The translations under genes and the position numbers were made by a program. A DNA stretch of 64,000 nucleotides from Saccostrea echinata (taxonomy: Eukaryota): NCBI RefSeq assembly GCF_033153115.1, contig NW_026889779.1:16988001-17052000 (forward strand). Reading direction: 5' to 3'. Below are positions 1 through 10,500 of this stretch, in pieces; within the stretch, counting starts at the first letter, position 1, and every line of letters begins with the position of its first letter. Under the pieces are notes generated by a model. It saw nothing but the letters and a program-made list of their open reading frames with translations. It was not told the origin of the DNA and made no database searches.

Positions 1-81
1 AATGAGCACCCTTGCTGCTTTGATCAAGTTATAATGCACAACAGGGATCCAAAATAGCTACAAAAGCAGATTGTTACTCAC

Positions 82-176
82 CGCTTTGGCCAATGTTGGC
101 CGCCGTACATAACTGGGCATCTTCATCTGTGTGTAGGCCGGCCTTCTTCCTTCCGCGTCGTCCCTGCTCCGAGTCC
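82..176 (-). other. Array cassette e7 (95 nt)
   Basis: Branch-like TACTAAT (201-207); acceptor gtatatttTCAG|G; donor GCG|GTGAGT. The following intron (109 nt) crosses the unit boundary to the next e1. Confidence 0.78.
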
Positions 177-257
177 CTGAAAATATACAACTGACACAAA
201 ATTAGTACAAATTCAAAACAATGAAACAAATCGAAGAAATTCATCAACACTACATAC

Positions 258-530
258 AACAAATTTAGTGGAAAAAGAAGCTAGTAGGTGAAGACAGTTA
301 CATGGGGAAAGGGCATAAGGGAGTTAAGGGGGTGGGGATGGTTAGTCATGTTAGATTAGGGGGAGTGGATAGGAGACAGGAAAGAGAGAGAACAGAATCA
401 ATAGAATTAATTCAAAATGCTTCTCTATTAGGCTTCCTGGTTGCGGAATTGGATCCTGCTTGCTTCCACTTCTGCTGGGCTGTGCTGGGCTCAGGTGGGC
501 TCTGCTGGGCTGTGCTGCTTGCTGTGCATC
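258..530 (-). other. Array cassette e6 (acceptor fairly clear, 3' end uncertain)
   Basis: Acceptor ctctcgactctcaattgaCAG|G at 531-533. Candidate donors are GTAACT (296-301) or GTATGT (252-257). Contains a 17-nt internal duplication (471-487 and 501-517). Confidence 0.5.
304..337 (+). other. Potential G-quadruplex motif, one per array unit
   Basis: GGGGaaaGGGcataaGGGagttaaGGGGGtGGGG fits the G3+N1-7 x4 pattern. Confidence 0.55.
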
Positions 531-633
531 CTGTCAATTGAGAGTCGAGAGGTCCAAGACTGATACGGTCAACATTAATCGCTAGCGAGGAAAAGATCAA
601 GAAAGGCTACAAGAAGTCGAGTCTGAATCTTAC

Positions 634-699
634 CGCATCTTCTCATGATGGCTGCTGTTGGCATCCGGGTCGGCCAGGAACGAAAAACCTCCTCTCCTG
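634..699 (-). other. Array cassette e5 (63 or 66 nt, NAGNAG acceptor)
   Basis: Acceptor tttgatgtcttggttttgctttgtTAGCAG|G; donor GCG|GTAAGA. Confidence 0.72.
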
Positions 700-844
700 C
701 TAACAAAGCAAAACCAAGACATCAAAGTTACTGCATAGAGTTATCAGAATTCAGCATATGCAAAGAGCAAAGTTAAGATGTCCGTAACACAGGCACAAAG
801 TAATGAAAGTGGACAGAGTGCAATGTGTGCACGTTGCGACTTAC

Positions 845-942
845 CCTCACGTCTGGGATTGGCCGCAGTCCATCACAGAACTCCTGCCGGCAGGTGACGG
901 TCTGCTCTCTCTTCTGCGGAACCAGGCCAGTCTAACCCGTAC
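845..942 (-). other. Array cassette e4 (98 nt)
   Basis: Acceptor tttgacctgtaaacttctttgttaaCAG|G; donor AGG|GTAAGT; stops in all three frames. Confidence 0.75.
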
Positions 943-1051
943 CTGTTAACAAAGAAGTTTACAGGTCAAAACCAAAGTAACACTCCCCCAACACAGAATG
1001 AGTAACAAAAGTCCACAGAGTGCAAGATGTACAGATGGCATGTCTCATTAC

Positions 1052-1158
1052 CTTCAATGCTTGGGTGGGCTGCAGTACATCCCTGAACTCTTTGCACTCC
1101 CTCTGGCAGGCCGAAGTGCGCACTTCATCTCGGAATCCACAACAGCCTAATCCGGAAC
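1052..1158 (-). other. Array cassette e3 (107 nt)
   Basis: Acceptor tttgacttctgcacctttggtgtttaCAG|G; donor AAG|GTAATG. Confidence 0.75.
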
Positions 1159-1264
1159 CTGTAAACACCAAAGGTGCAGAAGTCAAAGAACTGTGCAAAG
1201 TCTGATGAAAAGACTAGACATAGAGACAGTGCACAGAGTGCAGGGCGTGCACAATGTATCTTAC

Positions 1265-1372
1265 CAACCTTGGCTCTGCCGCAGTTGACCTCTGAACTCT
1301 CAGCACTCTTGCTTTTCAGCTGAGGGTCTCCTCTTCAGAGCTGGAGGTAGAGGGCTGCACTACGCTGCATCT
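1265..1372 (-). other. Array cassette e2 (108 nt)
   Basis: Acceptor cttgatgtcttgtctttctaccgTAG|A; donor TTG|GTAAGA; stops in all three frames. Confidence 0.7.
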
Positions 1373-1475
1373 CTACGGTAGAAAGACAAGACATCAAGAG
1401 AGGTGGCGATCTTCATGTGGTGAGAATCAGAACACAAATCAAAGCAGTTAGTACAGGTTTAAACTTCAATCTTAC

Positions 1476-1565
1476 CCTCTCTTCGATGGTTGGCTGCAGT
1501 CGATCCCTGCTCACCAGAATGCTGCTGTACGTCACAGTGGGACTGACGCTTGCCTAACCATTTTC
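1476..1565 (-). other. Array cassette e1 (90 nt; unit-1 coordinates, repeats every 1593 bp)
   Basis: Acceptor tttgacctcccgactttctgtgtgtttCAG|G; donor AGG|GTAAGA. Confidence 0.75.
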
Positions 1566-4500
1566 CTGAAACACACAGAAAGTCGGGAGGTCAAATGAGC
1601 ACCCTTGCTGCTTTGATCAAGTTATAATGCACAACAGGGATCCAAAATAGCTACAAAAGCAGATTGTTACTCACCGCTTTGGCCAATGTTGGCCGCCGTA
1701 CATAACTGGGCATCTTCATCTGTGTGTAGGCCGGCCTTCTTCCTTCCGCGTCGTCCCTGCTCCGAGTCCCTGAAAATATACAACTGACACAAAATTAGTA
1801 CAAATTCAAAACAATGAAACAAATCGAAGAAATTCATCAACACTACATACAACAAATTTAGTGGAAAAAGAAGCTAGTAGGTGAAGACAGTTACATGGGG
1901 AAAGGGCATAAGGGAGTTAAGGGGGTGGGGATGGTTAGTCATGTTAGATTAGGGGGAGTGGATAGGAGACAGGAAAGAGAGAGAACAGAATCAATAGAAT
2001 TAATTCAAAATGCTTCTCTATTAGGCTTCCTGGTTGCGGAATTGGATCCTGCTTGCTTCCACTTCTGCTGGGCTGTGCTGGGCTCAGGTGGGCTCTGCTG
2101 GGCTGTGCTGCTTGCTGTGCATCCTGTCAATTGAGAGTCGAGAGGTCCAAGACTGATACGGTCAACATTAATCGCTAGCGAGGAAAAGATCAAGAAAGGC
2201 TACAAGAAGTCGAGTCTGAATCTTACCGCATCTTCTCATGATGGCTGCTGTTGGCATCCGGGTCGGCCAGGAACGAAAAACCTCCTCTCCTGCTAACAAA
2301 GCAAAACCAAGACATCAAAGTTACTGCATAGAGTTATCAGAATTCAGCATATGCAAAGAGCAAAGTTAAGATGTCCGTAACACAGGCACAAAGTAATGAA
2401 AGTGGACAGAGTGCAATGTGTGCACGTTGCGACTTACCCTCACGTCTGGGATTGGCCGCAGTCCATCACAGAACTCCTGCCGGCAGGTGACGGTCTGCTC
2501 TCTCTTCTGCGGAACCAGGCCAGTCTAACCCGTACCTGTTAACAAAGAAGTTTACAGGTCAAAACCAAAGTAACACTCCCCCAACACAGAATGAGTAACA
2601 AAAGTCCACAGAGTGCAAGATGTACAGATGGCATGTCTCATTACCTTCAATGCTTGGGTGGGCTGCAGTACATCCCTGAACTCTTTGCACTCCCTCTGGC
2701 AGGCCGAAGTGCGCACTTCATCTCGGAATCCACAACAGCCTAATCCGGAACCTGTAAACACCAAAGGTGCAGAAGTCAAAGAACTGTGCAAAGGCTGATG
2801 AAAAGACTAGACATAGAGACAGTGCACAGAGTGCAGGGCGTGCACAATGTATCTTACCAACCTTGGCTCTGCCGCAGTTGACCTCTGAACTCTCAGCACT
2901 CTTGCTTTTCAGCTGAGGGTCTCCTCTTCAGAGCTGGAGGTAGAGGGCTGCACTACGCTGCATCTCTACGGTAGAAAGACAAGACATCAAGAGAGGTGGC
3001 GATCTTCATGCGGTGAGAATCAGAACACAAATCAAAGCAGTTAGTACAGGTTTAAACTTCAATCTTACCCTCTCTTCGATGGTTGGCTGCAGTCGATCCC
3101 TGCTCACCAGAATGCTGCTGTACGTCACAGTGGGACTGACGCTTGCCTAACCATTTTCCTGAAACACACAGAAAGTCGGGAGGTCAAATGAGCACCCTTG
3201 CTGCTTTGATCAAGTTATAATGCACAACAGGGATCCAAAATAGCTACAAAAGCAGATTGTTACTCACCGCTTTGGCCAATGTTGGCCGCCGTACATAACT
3301 GGGCATCTTCATCTGTGTGTAGGCCGGCCTTCTTCCTTCCGCGTCGTCCCTGCTCCGAGTCCCTGAAAATATACAACTGACACAAAATTAGTACAAATTC
3401 AAAACAATGAAACAAATCGAAGAAATTCATCAACACTACATACAACAAATTTAGTGGAAAAAGAAGCTAGTAGGTGAAGACAGTTACATGGGGAAAGGGC
3501 ATAAGGGAGTTAAGGGGGTGGGGATGGTTAGTCATGTTAGATTAGGGGGAGTGGATAGGAGACAGGAAAGAGAGAGAACAGAATCAATAGAATTAATTCA
3601 AAATGCTTCTCTATTAGGCTTCCTGGTTGCGGAATTGGATCCTGCTTGCTTCCACTTCTGCTGGGCTGTGCTGGGCTCAGGTGGGCTCTGCTGGGCTGTG
3701 CTGCTTGCTGTGCATCCTGTCAATTGAGAGTCGAGAGGTCCAAGACTGATACGGTCAACATTAATCGCTAGCGAGGAAAAGATCAAGAAAGGCTACAAGA
3801 AGTCGAGTCTGAATCTTACCGCATCTTCTCATGATGGCTGCTGTTGGCATCCGGGTCGGCCAGGAACGAAAAACCTCCTCTCCTGCTAACAAAGCAAAAC
3901 CAAGACATCAAAGTTACTGCATAGAGTTATCAGAATTCAGCATATGCAAAGAGCAAAGTTAAGATGTCCGTAACACAGGCACAAAGTAATGAAAGTGGAC
4001 AGAGTGCAATGTGTGCACGTTGCGACTTACCCTCACGTCTGGGATTGGCCGCAGTCCATCACAGAACTCCTGCCGGCAGGTGACGGTCTGCTCTCTCTTC
4101 TGCGGAACCAGGCCAGTCTAACCCGTACCTGTTAACAAAGAAGTTTACAGGTCAAAACCAAAGTAACACTCCCCCAACACAGAATGAGTAACAAAAGTCC
4201 ACAGAGTGCAAGATGTACAGATGGCATGTCTCATTACCTTCAATGCTTGGGTGGGCTGCAGTACATCCCTGAACTCTTTGCACTCCCTCTGGCAGGCCGA
4301 AGTGCGCACTTCATCTCGGAATCCACAACAGCCTAATCCGGAACCTGTAAACACCAAAGGTGCAGAAGTCAAAGAACTGTGCAAAGGCTGATGAAAAGAC
4401 TAGACATAGAGACAGTGCACAGAGTGCAGGGCGTGCACAATGTATCTTACCAACCTTGGCTCTGCCGCAGTTGACCTCTGAACTCTCAGCACTCTTGCTT

Positions 4501-7500
4501 TTCAGCTGAGGGTCTCCTCTTCAGAGCTGGAGGTAGAGGGCTGCACTACGCTGCATCTCTACGGTAGAAAGACAAGACATCAAGAGAGGTGGCGATCTTC
4601 ATGCGGTGAGAATCAGAACACAAATCAAAGCAGTTAGTACAGGTTTAAACTTCAATCTTACCCTCTCTTCGATGGTTGGCTGCAGTCGATCCCTGCTCAC
4701 CAGAATGCTGCTGTACGTCACAGTGGGACTGACGCTTGCCTAACCATTTTCCTGAAACACACAGAAAGTCGGGAGGTCAAATGAGCACCCTTGCTGCTTT
4801 GATCAAGTTATAATGCACAACAGGGATCCAAAATAGCTACAAAAGCAGATTGTTACTCACCGCTTTGGCCAATGTTGGCCGCCGTACATAACTGGGCATC
4901 TTCATCTGTGTGTAGGCCGGCCTTCTTCCTTCCGCGTCGTCCCTGCTCCGAGTCCCTGAAAATATACAACTGACACAAAATTAGTACAAATTCAAAACAA
5001 TGAAACAAATCGAAGAAATTCATCAACACTACATACAACAAATTTAGTGGAAAAAGAAGCTAGTAGGTGAAGACAGTTACATGGGGAAAGGGCATAAGGG
5101 AGTTAAGGGGGTGGGGATGGTTAGTCATGTTAGATTAGGGGGAGTGGATAGGAGACAGGAAAGAGAGAGAACAGAATCAATAGAATTAATTCAAAATGCT
5201 TCTCTATTAGGCTTCCTGGTTGCGGAATTGGATCCTGCTTGCTTCCACTTCTGCTGGGCTGTGCTGGGCTCAGGTGGGCTCTGCTGGGCTGTGCTGCTTG
5301 CTGTGCATCCTGTCAATTGAGAGTCGAGAGGTCCAAGACTGATACGGTCAACATTAATCGCTAGCGAGGAAAAGATCAAGAAAGGCTACAAGAAGTCGAG
5401 TCTGAATCTTACCGCATCTTCTCATGATGGCTGCTGTTGGCATCCGGGTCGGCCAGGAACGAAAAACCTCCTCTCCTGCTAACAAAGCAAAACCAAGACA
5501 TCAAAGTTACTGCATAGAGTTATCAGAATTCAGCATATGCAAAGAGCAAAGTTAAGATGTCCGTAACACAGGCACAAAGTAATGAAAGTGGACAGAGTGC
5601 AATGTGTGCACGTTGCGACTTACCCTCACGTCTGGGATTGGCCGCAGTCCATCACAGAACTCCTGCCGGCAGGTGACGGTCTGCTCTCTCTTCTGCGGAA
5701 CCAGGCCAGTCTAACCCGTACCTGTTAACAAAGAAGTTTACAGGTCAAAACCAAAGTAACACTCCCCCAACACAGAATGAGTAACAAAAGTCCACAGAGT
5801 GCAAGATGTACAGATGGCATGTCTCATTACCTTCAATGCTTGGGTGGGCTGCAGTACATCCCTGAACTCTTTGCACTCCCTCTGGCAGGCCGAAGTGCGC
5901 ACTTCATCTCGGAATCCACAACAGCCTAATCCGGAACCTGTAAACACCAAAGGTGCAGAAGTCAAAGAACTGTGCAAAGGCTGATGAAAAGACTAGACAT
6001 AGAGACAGTGCACAGAGTGCAGGGCGTGCACAATGTATCTTACCAACCTTGGCTCTGCCGCAGTTGACCTCTGAACTCTCAGCACTCTTGCTTTTCAGCT
6101 GAGGGTCTCCTCTTCAGAGCTGGAGGTAGAGGGCTGCACTACGCTGCATCTCTACGGTAGAAAGACAAGACATCAAGAGAGGTGGCGATCTTCATGCGGT
6201 GAGAATCAGAACACAAATCAAAGCAGTTAGTACAGGTTTAAACTTCAATCTTACCCTCTCTTCGATGGTTGGCTGCAGTCGATCCCTGCTCACCAGAATG
6301 CTGCTGTACGTCACAGTGGGACTGACGCTTGCCTAACCATTTTCCTGAAACACACAGAAAGTCGGGAGGTCAAATGAGCACCCTTGCTGCTTTGATCAAG
6401 TTATAATGCACAACAGGGATCCAAAATAGCTACAAAAGCAGATTGTTACTCACCGCTTTGGCCAATGTTGGCCGCCGTACATAACTGGGCATCTTCATCT
6501 GTGTGTAGGCCGGCCTTCTTCCTTCCGCGTCGTCCCTGCTCCGAGTCCCTGAAAATATACAACTGACACAAAATTAGTACAAATTCAAAACAATGAAACA
6601 AATCGAAGAAATTCATCAACACTACATACAACAAATTTAGTGGAAAAAGAAGCTAGTAGGTGAAGACAGTTACATGGGGAAAGGGCATAAGGGAGTTAAG
6701 GGGGTGGGGATGGTTAGTCATGTTAGATTAGGGGGAGTGGATAGGAGACAGGAAAGAGAGAGAACAGAATCAATAGAATTAATTCAAAATGCTTCTCTAT
6801 TAGGCTTCCTGGTTGCGGAATTGGATCCTGCTTGCTTCCACTTCTGCTGGGCTGTGCTGGGCTCAGGTGGGCTCTGCTGGGCTGTGCTGCTTGCTGTGCA
6901 TCCTGTCAATTGAGAGTCGAGAGGTCCAAGACTGATACGGTCAACATTAATCGCTAGCGAGGAAAAGATCAAGAAAGGCTACAAGAAGTCGAGTCTGAAT
7001 CTTACCGCATCTTCTCATGATGGCTGCTGTTGGCATCCGGGTCGGCCAGGAACGAAAAACCTCCTCTCCTGCTAACAAAGCAAAACCAAGACATCAAAGT
7101 TACTGCATAGAGTTATCAGAATTCAGCATATGCAAAGAGCAAAGTTAAGATGTCCGTAACACAGGCACAAAGTAATGAAAGTGGACAGAGTGCAATGTGT
7201 GCACGTTGCGACTTACCCTCACGTCTGGGATTGGCCGCAGTCCATCACAGAACTCCTGCCGGCAGGTGACGGTCTGCTCTCTCTTCTGCGGAACCAGGCC
7301 AGTCTAACCCGTACCTGTTAACAAAGAAGTTTACAGGTCAAAACCAAAGTAACACTCCCCCAACACAGAATGAGTAACAAAAGTCCACAGAGTGCAAGAT
7401 GTACAGATGGCATGTCTCATTACCTTCAATGCTTGGGTGGGCTGCAGTACATCCCTGAACTCTTTGCACTCCCTCTGGCAGGCCGAAGTGCGCACTTCAT

Positions 7501-10500
7501 CTCGGAATCCACAACAGCCTAATCCGGAACCTGTAAACACCAAAGGTGCAGAAGTCAAAGAACTGTGCAAAGGCTGATGAAAAGACTAGACATAGAGACA
7601 GTGCACAGAGTGCAGGGCGTGCACAATGTATCTTACCAACCTTGGCTCTGCCGCAGTTGACCTCTGAACTCTCAGCACTCTTGCTTTTCAGCTGAGGGTC
7701 TCCTCTTCAGAGCTGGAGGTAGAGGGCTGCACTACGCTGCATCTCTACGGTAGAAAGACAAGACATCAAGAGAGGTGGCGATCTTCATGCGGTGAGAATC
7801 AGAACACAAATCAAAGCAGTTAGTACAGGTTTAAACTTCAATCTTACCCTCTCTTCGATGGTTGGCTGCAGTCGATCCCTGCTCACCAGAATGCTGCTGT
7901 ACGTCACAGTGGGACTGACGCTTGCCTAACCATTTTCCTGAAACACACAGAAAGTCGGGAGGTCAAATGAGCACCCTTGCTGCTTTGATCAAGTTATAAT
8001 GCACAACAGGGATCCAAAATAGCTACAAAAGCAGATTGTTACTCACCGCTTTGGCCAATGTTGGCCGCCGTACATAACTGGGCATCTTCATCTGTGTGTA
8101 GGCCGGCCTTCTTCCTTCCGCGTCGTCCCTGCTCCGAGTCCCTGAAAATATACAACTGACACAAAATTAGTACAAATTCAAAACAATGAAACAAATCGAA
8201 GAAATTCATCAACACTACATACAACAAATTTAGTGGAAAAAGAAGCTAGTAGGTGAAGACAGTTACATGGGGAAAGGGCATAAGGGAGTTAAGGGGGTGG
8301 GGATGGTTAGTCATGTTAGATTAGGGGGAGTGGATAGGAGACAGGAAAGAGAGAGAACAGAATCAATAGAATTAATTCAAAATGCTTCTCTATTAGGCTT
8401 CCTGGTTGCGGAATTGGATCCTGCTTGCTTCCACTTCTGCTGGGCTGTGCTGGGCTCAGGTGGGCTCTGCTGGGCTGTGCTGCTTGCTGTGCATCCTGTC
8501 AATTGAGAGTCGAGAGGTCCAAGACTGATACGGTCAACATTAATCGCTAGCGAGGAAAAGATCAAGAAAGGCTACAAGAAGTCGAGTCTGAATCTTACCG
8601 CATCTTCTCATGATGGCTGCTGTTGGCATCCGGGTCGGCCAGGAACGAAAAACCTCCTCTCCTGCTAACAAAGCAAAACCAAGACATCAAAGTTACTGCA
8701 TAGAGTTATCAGAATTCAGCATATGCAAAGAGCAAAGTTAAGATGTCCGTAACACAGGCACAAAGTAATGAAAGTGGACAGAGTGCAATGTGTGCACGTT
8801 GCGACTTACCCTCACGTCTGGGATTGGCCGCAGTCCATCACAGAACTCCTGCCGGCAGGTGACGGTCTGCTCTCTCTTCTGCGGAACCAGGCCAGTCTAA
8901 CCCGTACCTGTTAACAAAGAAGTTTACAGGTCAAAACCAAAGTAACACTCCCCCAACACAGAATGAGTAACAAAAGTCCACAGAGTGCAAGATGTACAGA
9001 TGGCATGTCTCATTACCTTCAATGCTTGGGTGGGCTGCAGTACATCCCTGAACTCTTTGCACTCCCTCTGGCAGGCCGAAGTGCGCACTTCATCTCGGAA
9101 TCCACAACAGCCTAATCCGGAACCTGTAAACACCAAAGGTGCAGAAGTCAAAGAACTGTGCAAAGGCTGATGAAAAGACTAGACATAGAGACAGTGCACA
9201 GAGTGCAGGGCGTGCACAATGTATCTTACCAACCTTGGCTCTGCCGCAGTTGACCTCTGAACTCTCAGCACTCTTGCTTTTCAGCTGAGGGTCTCCTCTT
9301 CAGAGCTGGAGGTAGAGGGCTGCACTACGCTGCATCTCTACGGTAGAAAGACAAGACATCAAGAGAGGTGGCGATCTTCATGCGGTGAGAATCAGAACAC
9401 AAATCAAAGCAGTTAGTACAGGTTTAAACTTCAATCTTACCCTCTCTTCGATGGTTGGCTGCAGTCGATCCCTGCTCACCAGAATGCTGCTGTACGTCAC
9501 AGTGGGACTGACGCTTGCCTAACCATTTTCCTGAAACACACAGAAAGTCGGGAGGTCAAATGAGCACCCTTGCTGCTTTGATCAAGTTATAATGCACAAC
9601 AGGGATCCAAAATAGCTACAAAAGCAGATTGTTACTCACCGCTTTGGCCAATGTTGGCCGCCGTACATAACTGGGCATCTTCATCTGTGTGTAGGCCGGC
9701 CTTCTTCCTTCCGCGTCGTCCCTGCTCCGAGTCCCTGAAAATATACAACTGACACAAAATTAGTACAAATTCAAAACAATGAAACAAATCGAAGAAATTC
9801 ATCAACACTACATACAACAAATTTAGTGGAAAAAGAAGCTAGTAGGTGAAGACAGTTACGTGGGGAAAGGGCATAAGGGAGTTAAGGGGGTGGGGATGGT
9901 TAGTCATGTTAGATTAGGGGGAGTGGATAGGAGACAGGAAAGAGAGAGAACAGAATCAATAGAATTAATTCAAAATGCTTCTCTATTAGGCTTCCTGGTT
10001 GCGGAATTGGATCCTGCTTGCTTCCACTTCTGCTGGGCTGTGCTGGGCTCAGGTGGGCTCTGCTGGGCTGTGCTGCTTGCTGTGCATCCTGTCAATTGAG
10101 AGTCGAGAGGTCCAAGACTGATACGGTCAACATTAATCGCTAGCGAGGAAAAGATCAAGAAAGGCTACAAGAAGTCGAGTCTGAATCTTACCGCATCTTC
10201 TCATGATGGCTGCTGTTGGCATCCGGGTCGGCCAGGAACGAAAAACCTCCTCTCCTGCTAACAAAGCAAAACCAAGACATCAAAGTTACTGCATAGAGTT
10301 ATCAGAATTCAGCATATGCAAAGAGCAAAGTTAAGATGTCCGTAACACAGGCACAAAGTAATGAAAGTGGACAGAGTGCAATGTGTGCACGTTGCGACTT
10401 ACCCTCACGTCTGGGATTGGCCGCAGTCCATCACAGAACTCCTGCCGGCAGGTGACGGTCTGCTCTCTCTTCTGCGGAACCAGGCCAGTCTAACCCGTAC

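Noticed and set aside
1203-1296. Box C/D snoRNA (TGATGA ... CTGA) on the plus strand
   Set aside because: There is no terminal stem, it is antisense to the splice signals and it straddles an exon boundary. The minus-strand TGATGA near 241-246 has no matching box D.
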